Positions 1-8,000 of a DNA stretch of 64,000 nucleotides are shown here, piece after piece (within the stretch, counting starts at the first letter, position 1; every line of letters begins with the position of its first letter). Under the pieces are notes generated by a model, which was not told where the DNA came from, ran no database searches, and was given only the letters and a program-made list of their open reading frames with translations. This DNA is from Candidatus Eiseniibacteriota bacterium (GTDB lineage: Bacteria; Eisenbacteria; RBG-16-71-46): contig CAVUWA010000004.1 in NCBI GenBank assembly GCA_963744995.1, positions 256,001 through 320,000 of the forward strand. The letters are read 5' to 3'. Made by a program: the position numbers and the translations under genes.

Positions 1-720
1 CGCCGCGACTTCGCGCTCGCCCTCGCGGCGGGTGCGCTGCTCGCGCTGCATTTTTCGAGCTGGATCCTGTCGCTCGAGAAGACCTCGGTGATCGACTCGG
101 TCGTGCTGGTCACCACGACGCCGCTCTGGGTGGCGCTGCTCGCCCCGCTCACGGTGGGCGAGCGGCTGTCGCGCGCGGCGCTCGCCGGCATCCTGCTCGC
201 GCTTGCGGGTGGCGTGGTGATTGCGCTCGGGGCGACCGATCCAGGCGGCGCGTCGCATGCGCCCGCCGAGCGCCTCACCGGCGATGCGCTCGCCCTGCTC
301 GGCGGGTGGGCGATGGCGCTCTACCTGATCGTCGGGCGTCGCATCCGCGCGCGTCTCGCGCTCGTGCCGTACGTGTTCCTGGTCTACGGCGCGGCGGCGC
401 TGGTGCTCCTGGCCGCGGTGATCGTGAGCGGGCAGCGCGTGACCGGGCTGCCGCCTGCGACCTGGGGCTGGATCGCACTGCTCGCGCTGGTGCCGCAGCT
501 GATCGGGCACTCGACCTTCAACTGGGCGCTGCGCCACCTGCCGGCGACCCCCGTGGCGATCGTCCTGTTCGGCGAGCCGGTGGGGGCGACGGTGCTCGCG
601 TGGCTGATTCTTGCCGAGACACCGTCGGCCGCGCGCATCGCGGGCGCGGCGGTGATTCTCGCGGGCGTGTTCATCGCGGCGCGCAGTACGCCCGCCGTCG
701 ACCCCGAGCCGGCCGGCTGA
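1..720 (+). CDS. DMT/EamA family transporter (5' partial)
   Basis: Frame is open from base 1 (RRDFALALAAGALLALHFSSWILSLEKTSV...). Multiple hydrophobic helices; EamA-type motifs GDALALLG, IGHSTFNWAL, EPVGA. Confidence 0.85.
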   Translation, partial: RRDFALALAAGALLALHFSSWILSLEKTSVIDSVVLVTTTPLWVALLAPLTVGERLSRAALAGILLALAGGVVIALGATDPGGASHAPAERLTGDALALLGGWAMALYLIVGRRIRARLALVPYVFLVYGAAALVLLAAVIVSGQRVTGLPPATWGWIALLALVPQLIGHSTFNWALRHLPATPVAIVLFGEPVGATVLAWLILAETPSAARIAGAAVILAGVFIAARSTPAVDPEPAG

Positions 721-791
721 GCACGCGGCCCCGGGCGGCCGGACCCACGCCGGTCCCCTGGCGGGCCGGCCGCGCACCCGTGCACCCGATG

Positions 792-2189
792 TCATGCCGG
801 CGCCGCAGCTCGAAAAGCCCCACCTGTCCGCGCCGGCGGCCGCAGGAACGCGAGCGCCGCCTTCACGCGTGCTTCGAGCGTGGCATCGGCCATGGCCTCG
901 CAGTGTTCGGCGGCGCGCCGCGCGTCGGATTTCCGAATGCCGAGCTTCAAGAGCCAGGGCGTGACGTCGAGCGCGGGGTCAGATGAATGAGCCGGGACTG
1001 ATCGTGAGACCGGCTCGGGGCCAGGGGCTGTCCCGGGCGGCGCCGTTCTCTCGGTGCGGGCGTCCGCTCCAGCCTTCGCATCGGGAAGGCGCTGCGCCGA
1101 TCCGGCGCGCTCGCGTCGCGCCGTCGTCCGTCTCTGACCACGCTTGCCCCGCATGAATCCCGCACCGAAGACCTGCTCGGCCTCGTACTGGTTGTGCGCG
1201 CGGCAGCGCAACCGCAGGTTGTCGACGGTGCTCTTCCCGCCCCGCGCGACGGGCTCGATGTGATCGAACTCCAGATTCCCGCGCGCCTCGCAGCGCCGGC
1301 CGTTCTCGGCGATGAACGTGCAGCGGCCCTCGTCGCGCTTCCAGATCGCGCGCTTCACCGCGTTCGGAATACGGCGGCCCGTGGCGGGCCCCGCCTGTGC
1401 CCGCGGCCGGTCCGCCGCGCCGAAGCGGCGCTTCTCGAGCTCGACTGCGAGCGCCTTGAAGCCGCGATCGAGCGCCCGGTCCATCTCTTCCGAAGTCACC
1501 TTCCGTCCGAGGAGCTGTTCGAAGTATCGAATCGCCTCGCGCGTACCCTCTGCCATCGTGAAGCGGGTCTCGTAGCGGCCCGCCCCGAGCGGATTGAAGC
1601 GGGGTCGGGCGCCCGCGCTCCGAGGTGTCCGTACGGACACCTCGGAAGAAGTCCCTGCATGGCTCACGCAGCCGGCATCACCAGCAGGCGCCCGGACGGG
1701 CGCTGCGCCCGGAGTCCCATCCGGTGTCCGTACGGACACCGCAGCCGCGCCGGCGAGCGGCACGATGCTGACCGGCACGTCAAGCTGCGGCGCGCGGTTC
1801 GCCAGCAGGTCGCGGATCTCGTCGTTGCTGCGCCGTGACGCGGTCTGGATCAGCTCGTTCGCGTTCTCGTTCGTCAGCCACGGCGCGAGCAGGATCACCC
1901 CGCTACCGTTCAGCCGCCCGTCGGCCAGCGCCGGGAAGATTTCCGGGAACCGGAGCGCCGTCCGCGCCACGCGGATCAGCTTCTTCGCCATCTGCTCGGA
2001 CATCTCGAGCTCGCGCACCAGGAAGGCGGACATGGCGGGATAGCCCTCGGGAGCGTAGAGCCGGCGCGCGTCGAACTCGGCGATGTGCGCGACCTCGGCG
2101 GCGTACGCGAGGCGGGAGTTCGGGACGGCGGCCACCAGGCCGCGGCGCAGCGCGCCATCGGTGAGGTGCGAAAACAGAAACGGATTCAT
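792..2189 (-). CDS. HNH endonuclease with N-terminal DUF222-like helical region and small C-terminal helical domain
   Basis: HNH motif RDEGRCTF...RCEARGNLEFDHIEPVARGGKSTVDNLRLRCRAHN. N-terminal FDARRLYAPEGYPAMSAFL region. Start placed at ATG 2189 (MNPFLFSHL). Confidence 0.85.
   Translation of the reverse strand: MNPFLFSHLTDGALRRGLVAAVPNSRLAYAAEVAHIAEFDARRLYAPEGYPAMSAFLVRELEMSEQMAKKLIRVARTALRFPEIFPALADGRLNGSGVILLAPWLTNENANELIQTASRRSNDEIRDLLANRAPQLDVPVSIVPLAGAAAVSVRTPDGTPGAAPVRAPAGDAGCVSHAGTSSEVSVRTPRSAGARPRFNPLGAGRYETRFTMAEGTREAIRYFEQLLGRKVTSEEMDRALDRGFKALAVELEKRRFGAADRPRAQAGPATGRRIPNAVKRAIWKRDEGRCTFIAENGRRCEARGNLEFDHIEPVARGGKSTVDNLRLRCRAHNQYEAEQVFGAGFMRGKRGQRRTTARRERAGSAQRLPDAKAGADARTERTAPPGTAPGPEPVSRSVPAHSSDPALDVTPWLLKLGIRKSDARRAAEHCEAMADATLEARVKAALAFLRPPARTGGAFRAAAPA
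1619..1646. repeat. 28-bp perfect palindrome inside the HNH gene (core GGTGTCCGTACGGACACC)
   Basis: TCCGAGGTGTCCGTACGGACACCTCGGA is its own reverse complement. Confidence 0.9.
1722..1741. repeat. 20-bp perfect palindrome inside the HNH gene, same 18-bp core
   Basis: CGGTGTCCGTACGGACACCG; core lies 99 bp from the first copy; both encode VSVRT. Confidence 0.9.
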
Positions 2190-2420
2190 CTGCGTTCTTC
2201 CGCGGGGGCGGGTCGCGCGGGGGCGCACTTCATTTCATATCACACCTGATTTTCGACGCACGGAGATCGGCGCTGCGCGCAAATCGGAGCAATGGACCGA
2301 ACGAATTGCGGCCCCGACGCGCGGAGCCGCACAGCGCGCGCGTCAGGCGCCTTCGTGCGCGATTCGTGCATGTCCGCGGGGGTGCAGAAGATGCGCGCCC
2401 GAGGGCCGTCAAGAGAAAAA

Positions 2421-2745
2421 TGAGGTTCAGACCGGGGACACTGGTAACAGATCAGACCGGGGACATGGGTGACAGCCTGGCGGCATCATCGGTTCGAGGA
2501 GGACCGCACGATGCCCTGGGCAAGGACGGTTCAGACCGGGCACACTGGTAACAGATCAGACCGGGGACATGGGTGACAGCCTGGCGGCATCATCGGTTCG
2601 AGGAGGACCGCACGATGCCCTGGGCAAGGACGGTTCAGACCGGGGACACCGGTGACGGAACGAAGTGGTTGCATGGGTCACAGGTGACCGGCACTGTTCA
2701 GCCCGGGGACACACCTGAAAGACCAGTCCGAGGACACGGGCGACG
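2421..2745 (+). mobile_element. Tandem stack of IS481-like left-end remnants (104-bp unit x2, partial third, one diverged copy), no transposase
   Basis: Units 2424-2527 and 2528-2631 differ at one base; a third starts at 2632. Repeated CAGACCGGGGACA-N5-T(A/G)ACA boxes, then GGAGG and ATGCCCTGG (MPW, a start common in IS481-family transposases) at 2511 and 2615. Diverged copy near 2695-2745. Confidence 0.6.
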
Positions 2746-2915
2746 GCGCGACAGCGTCACGGGCTCGAGGACCACCGCCCGATACCTGAGCCGCCTGCAC
2801 CCCGCGACTGGCATCGCGTTCCGGTTCGTCGCATCATGCGCCTTCGGCTCCCCGGCCACGCGGGGCGGAGCGGATCCGTCCCGTTCCTCAAAACTCTGAA
2901 CAGGACAAGCCCAGA

Positions 2916-5900
2916 ATGATGCGCTCGCTCCCCGCTACGCTCGCGGCGCTCTGTGCGCTCGCGCTGGCCGCGCCGTCCGTTGCCGCCCCGGCGCGCAAGG
3001 CCGCGAAGAGCGACCCCGACTCCCTCTTCAAGGCCTCGACCTTCAACGGCCTCGCGTTCCGCTCGATCGGCCCCGCGTTCACCTCAGGACGCGTGATCGA
3101 CATCGCGATCGACCCGCACGACCGCCGCACCTGGTACGTCGCGGCGGCGAGCGGCAACCTGTGGAAAACGACCAACGCCGGCGTGACCTGGGATCCGATC
3201 TTCGACCACGAGGGCTCGTACTCGATCGGCTGCGTGACCGTGGACCCGAGGAATCCGCTCGTCGTCTGGGTCGGCACGGGCGAGAACAACAGCCAGCGCA
3301 GCGTGAGCTACGGCGACGGGGTCTACAAGTCCGTGGATGGCGGCCGGCACTGGAAGAACGTCGGGCTCAAGGACTCCGAGCACATCGGCATGATCGTCGT
3401 GGACCCGCGCCACTCCGACGTCGTCTACGTCGCCGCGCAGGGGCCCTTGTGGCGCGAGGGCGGCGATCGCGGCCTCTACAAGACTGCCGACGGCGGCGCG
3501 ACGTGGAAGAAGATCCTCGACGTGGACGCGCGCACCGGCGTGAGCGAAATCCACCTCGATCCGCGCAATCCGGACGTCATGTACGCGAGCACCTACGAGC
3601 GCCACCGCCGCGTGTGGACGCTGATCGACGGCGGCCCCGGCTCGTCGATCCGCAAGAGTACCGACGGCGGCAAGACCTGGGTGAAGCTCACGAACGGCCT
3701 GCCGAAAGTGGAGATGGGGCGTATCGGACTGGCGATCTCGCCCGCGAACCCCGACGTCGTCTACGCGATCATCGAAGCGCGCGACAAGAAGGGCGGCGTC
3801 TACCGCTCGACCGACGCGGGTGGCAACTGGAAGAAGATGAACGGCTACGTCTCGAGCAGCCCGCAGTACTACCAGGAGCTGATCCCGGACCCGGAGGTCC
3901 AGGACCGCGTCTACTCGATGGACACGTTCATGCAGGTCACCGACGACGGCGGCAGGACCTGGCATCGCGCAGGGGAGAAGGACAAGCACGTCGACAACCA
4001 CGCGCTGTGGATCGACCCGGACGACACCGACCACCTGATTGCGGGCTGCGACGGCGGGCTCTACGAGAGCTTCGACCGCGCGGCGACCTGGCGCTTCTTC
4101 GAGAACCTGCCGATCACGCAGTTCTACGACGTGGCGCTGGACGACTCGCAGCCGTTCTACTTCGTCTACGGCGGCACACAGGACAACAACACCCAGGGCG
4201 GACCGTCACGGACCACGAATCGCAACGGCATCCGCAACGACGACTGGTTCATCACGGTCGGCGGCGACGGCTTCCACTGCGCGGTGGACCCGGAAGATCC
4301 GAACATCGTCTACTCGGAAGCCCAGCACGGCCATCTGGTGCGCTTCGACCGCAAGAGCGGCGAGCGCGTCGGCATCCAGCCGCAGATCGAGCCGGGCGAG
4401 CCGCCCGCGCACTGGAACTGGGACTCGCCGCTCATGATCAGCCCGCACTCGCACACGCGGCTCTACTTCGGCTCGCAACGGCTCTATCGGAGCGACGATC
4501 GCGGCGACACCTGGCGCCCGGTGAGCCCCGACCTCACGCGCGGCCTCGACCGCAACGCGCTCGAGGTCGCCGGCCGCGTATGGAGCGTGGACGCGGTCGC
4601 GAAGAACGCCTCGACGTCCGTCTACGGCAATCTGGTCGCGCTGTCCGAATCACCGCTCGTCGAAGGCCTGCTCTACGCGGGCACCGATGACGGCCTCGTG
4701 CAGGTCAGCGAAGACGGCGGCGCACACTGGCGCAGGGACGAGCGCTTCCCGGGCGTGCCGGAGCTGAGCTACGTGTCGCGCCTGCTCGCTTCGCGCCACG
4801 ACGCGAATGTCGTCTATGCCGCGTTCGACAACCACAAGAACGGCGGCGACTTCAAGCCGTACCTGCTGAAGAGCAGTGACCGCGGGCGGAGCTGGAGCGC
4901 CATCGCCGGCAATCTGCCCGGGCGCGGCACGGTCTACAGCCTGGCCGAGGACTCGGAGAAGCCCGATCTGCTGTTCGCCGGCACCGAGTTCGGCGTGTTC
5001 TTCACGGTGGACGGCGGCGGGCGCTGGACGCAGCTCAAGGGCGGGCTGCCGACCGAGCAGGTCCGCGACATGAAGATCCAGCGACGCGAGAACGACCTGG
5101 TGCTCGCGACGTTCGGGCGCGGCTTCTACGTGCTCGACGACGTGACGCCGCTGCGCGACGTCTCGCGCGCGGTGCTCGAAGGCGGCGCCACGCTGTTCCC
5201 GGTGCGCACGGCGCACCTGTACGTGCCGGATTCGCCGATCGGCGGAGACGGCAAGGCGTCGCGCGGCGGGACCTACTTCACGGCCGACAACCCGCCGTTC
5301 GGCGCGGTGTTCACCTACTACCTGCGCGACGGCATCAAGACGCTCAAAGAGCAGCGGCAGGCGCGCGAGGAGAGAATCGAGGAGCAGTGGGGCGACGTGT
5401 CGTACCCGTCGTGGGACAGCCTGCGCGCCGAGGATCGCGAGGGGAAGCCGGCGATCGTGCTCACCGTGGCCGACGCTGACGGCCGTGTCGTCAGGCGACT
5501 CACCGGACCGGTCGGCGCAGGCTTCCACCGCGTGGCGTGGGATCTGCGCTGGCCGGCGCCGAACCCGACGACGCTCGGATCCGACGGGGACCTGCCGCCG
5601 TGGCGGCGCGCGCCGCAGGGACCGTTCACGGGGCCCGGCGCCTATCGGGTGAGCCTCGCGAAACGGGTGGACGGTGTGGAGACGCCGCTCGGCGCACCGC
5701 AGACGTTCGAGGTCCGGATGCTCGAGCGGCAGTCGCTGCCCGCGAAGGACCGGGCGAAGGCGATCGCCTTCGCCCGCGAGTCGGCGCGCCTCGAGCGTGC
5801 GGTGCTGGGCACGATCGAGGCCACGAAGAACGCGCTGCACCGCGTGGAGCTGCTCGAGAAGGCGCTCGACGACACGCCCGCCGCACCCGCGGACATGGCG

Positions 5901-6224
5901 GCGCGGGCGCGCGAGATCGAAGGCAGGCTCGAGGACGCCATGGCGGCGCTCAGCGGCGATCCGGTGAAGCGCTCGCGCGAAGCGCCCACGCCGCCATCGA
6001 TCCGCGAACGCGTGGCGCGGATCGTCAGCGACACCTGGAACATGACCACCGACGTGCCGGCGACGGATCAACGCTCATACGCGATCGCATCGAGCGACTT
6101 CGAGGCGACGCTGGCGGACCTGCGCCGCCTGATCGAGACCGATCTGGCGGCGCTCGAACGCGACGCCGAGGCCGCCGGCGCGCCGTGGACGCCGGGGCGC
6201 TTGCCGGCGTGGAAGGGGGAGTAG
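2916..6224 (+). CDS. Secreted BNR/Asp-box (VPS10/sortilin-like) beta-propeller protein, glycosyl hydrolase-like
   Basis: Signal peptide; FRSIGPAFTSGR start; many S/TxDGGxTW Asp-box repeats; helical C-terminus. Confidence 0.85.
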   Translation: MMRSLPATLAALCALALAAPSVAAPARKAAKSDPDSLFKASTFNGLAFRSIGPAFTSGRVIDIAIDPHDRRTWYVAAASGNLWKTTNAGVTWDPIFDHEGSYSIGCVTVDPRNPLVVWVGTGENNSQRSVSYGDGVYKSVDGGRHWKNVGLKDSEHIGMIVVDPRHSDVVYVAAQGPLWREGGDRGLYKTADGGATWKKILDVDARTGVSEIHLDPRNPDVMYASTYERHRRVWTLIDGGPGSSIRKSTDGGKTWVKLTNGLPKVEMGRIGLAISPANPDVVYAIIEARDKKGGVYRSTDAGGNWKKMNGYVSSSPQYYQELIPDPEVQDRVYSMDTFMQVTDDGGRTWHRAGEKDKHVDNHALWIDPDDTDHLIAGCDGGLYESFDRAATWRFFENLPITQFYDVALDDSQPFYFVYGGTQDNNTQGGPSRTTNRNGIRNDDWFITVGGDGFHCAVDPEDPNIVYSEAQHGHLVRFDRKSGERVGIQPQIEPGEPPAHWNWDSPLMISPHSHTRLYFGSQRLYRSDDRGDTWRPVSPDLTRGLDRNALEVAGRVWSVDAVAKNASTSVYGNLVALSESPLVEGLLYAGTDDGLVQVSEDGGAHWRRDERFPGVPELSYVSRLLASRHDANVVYAAFDNHKNGGDFKPYLLKSSDRGRSWSAIAGNLPGRGTVYSLAEDSEKPDLLFAGTEFGVFFTVDGGGRWTQLKGGLPTEQVRDMKIQRRENDLVLATFGRGFYVLDDVTPLRDVSRAVLEGGATLFPVRTAHLYVPDSPIGGDGKASRGGTYFTADNPPFGAVFTYYLRDGIKTLKEQRQAREERIEEQWGDVSYPSWDSLRAEDREGKPAIVLTVADADGRVVRRLTGPVGAGFHRVAWDLRWPAPNPTTLGSDGDLPPWRRAPQGPFTGPGAYRVSLAKRVDGVETPLGAPQTFEVRMLERQSLPAKDRAKAIAFARESARLERAVLGTIEATKNALHRVELLEKALDDTPAAPADMAARAREIEGRLEDAMAALSGDPVKRSREAPTPPSIRERVARIVSDTWNMTTDVPATDQRSYAIASSDFEATLADLRRLIETDLAALERDAEAAGAPWTPGRLPAWKGE

Positions 6225-6235
6225 CGCCGGCGCGC

Positions 6236-6856
6236 TCAGGTGCCGGCGGTGGCCCCGGCGACCAGATCCGCTCCCGCCGACGCATGCCGCGCCTCGGCGT
6301 CCTGACGCTCGCCATCCAGCAGGCGCCGGAGCGCGGCGCGGCTCGCCGCGGCCTCCCAGTCCACGCGTCCCGCCTGGGCGACCGCGATGCGGCCCGCTTC
6401 GTCGATCACGTAGGTGTACGGAATACTCGGGCAGGGGAGGGCGCGGCGCAGCTCGCGCTGGCCGTCCATCAGGACCGGCACCGAGAGCCGGTGGCGGCCG
6501 ACGTAGCGCGCGACCGAAGGGAACGGGTCGAACGTGACGAGCCAGGTCTGCAGTCCCTCGAGGCCATCGGCGTGGCGCAGCGAGTCGAGCGCCTGCGCCT
6601 GCTCGAGGCTGCCCTTCTCCCACGGCGCCCAGTAATGAATCACCGTGACGCCGACCTGCGGGTGCAGGCGCTGCATGCCGACCGGGACGACGGGCAGCAC
6701 GACGTCCGCGTCGAACGCATGCCGCGCGGCGGGGGCGATCAATGCGAGCGGCCGCGGCGCTTCGCCGGGGGCGCTCACGGTGAAGAGCTGCGAGCGCCAG
6801 ACGACGACCGCGATTGCGCCGAGCACGACGAAGACCAGCAGCGCGCGGCGTGACAT
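6236..6856 (-). CDS. TlpA/ResA-like thioredoxin-fold protein lacking CxxC
   Basis: N-terminal membrane anchor; VIHYWAPWEKGS where WAxWCxxC is expected; cis-Pro motif IPYTYVIDEAGRI. Confidence 0.7.
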   Translation of the reverse strand: MSRRALLVFVVLGAIAVVVWRSQLFTVSAPGEAPRPLALIAPAARHAFDADVVLPVVPVGMQRLHPQVGVTVIHYWAPWEKGSLEQAQALDSLRHADGLEGLQTWLVTFDPFPSVARYVGRHRLSVPVLMDGQRELRRALPCPSIPYTYVIDEAGRIAVAQAGRVDWEAAASRAALRRLLDGERQDAEARHASAGADLVAGATAGT

Positions 6857-7037
6857 CAGGCCGGGCCCGGGGGTGCGGCGCGGAAGATCCGGCGCGGGCG
6901 CCCGGCGCGGACCTCGCGGGTCGATGCGGCTCGCGCGGGGGCCGCGACCTCGAGTGGCAGAACGGGATTCACGCCGCCGAGTCTAGCCCGGGCGCGCGCC
7001 GGCCGCGAACGGCGCATGGGGCCCCGCGCCATGAGCG

Positions 7038-8000
7038 CTATGCGGCCGCGTCGAGCTCGGTGTCCTGGGCCGCGACCGGGACCGGGACCGCGTACAGGCG
7101 CATGAAGCAGTCCACCACGCGCGGGTCGAACTGCCTGCCGCGCTCCTCTTCGATCACGCGCAGCGCCTGCTCGTGGGTACGGCCCTTGCGGTACGGCCGG
7201 TCGGTGACGATGGCGTCGTAGGTGTCGGCGACGGCGATGATGCGCGCCCCGATCGGAATGTCCCCGCCGCGCATGCACTTGTAGCCCGTGCCGTCCCAGC
7301 GCTCATGGTGATACGCCACCATCGGGATCACGTGCTGGAGGATCCCGCCGAGCGAGCGCACCATCGCCTCGCCGGTGTCCACGTGGCGGCGCATTTCGTG
7401 CATCTCCTCCTCGGTGAGACCGGCCGCCTTGCGCAACACCTGGGTGCTGATCTCCACCTTGCCGATGTCGTGCAGGAACGCCCCGACGCGGATGTCCTCG
7501 ACGTCCGTTTCCGACAGCCCGAGCTCGCGTGCGATCTCGACGCAGTAGTCGGCGACCCGGCGCGAATGGTTTTCGGTGTGGCGATCCACCGAGTCGATGA
7601 ACTTGCCCATGATTTCGATGATGCCGTGGTACGCCTGACGCAGCTCCCGGAACTGGCGCTCCTTCTGGTCGTAGAGCGAGCCGACGACGTAGGCGGTGAG
7701 GATCAGGAAGCAGCCCCAGGTGCCGAGGTCCAGCCAGCGCATCCAGGTCTGTTCGCCGCCGCCGAACTGCGTCTCGTTCATGAGTGCGATCGCGAAGACG
7801 ATCGCGCACGCGAGCATCGCCGACAGCACGCCCTTCTTCTGTCCGAGCAGATAGGCGCCGAACACGACCGGCAGGTAGTAGAAGTTGAGGAACGCGCGCT
7901 GGTTGACGACGAAGAACTGGATCATGCCCGCGCCCGCGACGATCGACAGCAGGATCAGCAGACCGCCGCTGACGCGCAGGGTGCGACCGAGCCGGAACAT
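7038..8000 (-). CDS. Membrane-anchored HD-GYP domain protein (putative cyclic dinucleotide phosphodiesterase)
   Basis: About four N-terminal TM helices; TENHSRRV, LHDIGK, HHERWDGTGY, IAVADTYDAI, RPYRK, QFDP motifs. Its ATG overlaps the upstream stop (TGATG). Confidence 0.88.
   Translation of the reverse strand: MFRLGRTLRVSGGLLILLSIVAGAGMIQFFVVNQRAFLNFYYLPVVFGAYLLGQKKGVLSAMLACAIVFAIALMNETQFGGGEQTWMRWLDLGTWGCFLILTAYVVGSLYDQKERQFRELRQAYHGIIEIMGKFIDSVDRHTENHSRRVADYCVEIARELGLSETDVEDIRVGAFLHDIGKVEISTQVLRKAAGLTEEEMHEMRRHVDTGEAMVRSLGGILQHVIPMVAYHHERWDGTGYKCMRGGDIPIGARIIAVADTYDAIVTDRPYRKGRTHEQALRVIEEERGRQFDPRVVDCFMRLYAVPVPVAAQDTELDAAA

Noticed and set aside
2421..2745. Repeat cluster as a CRISPR array or guide array for the HNH protein
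   Set aside because: The sequences between the boxes are duplicated rather than unique, spacing is irregular, no cas genes are present, and the boxes plus MPW start fit IS ends better.
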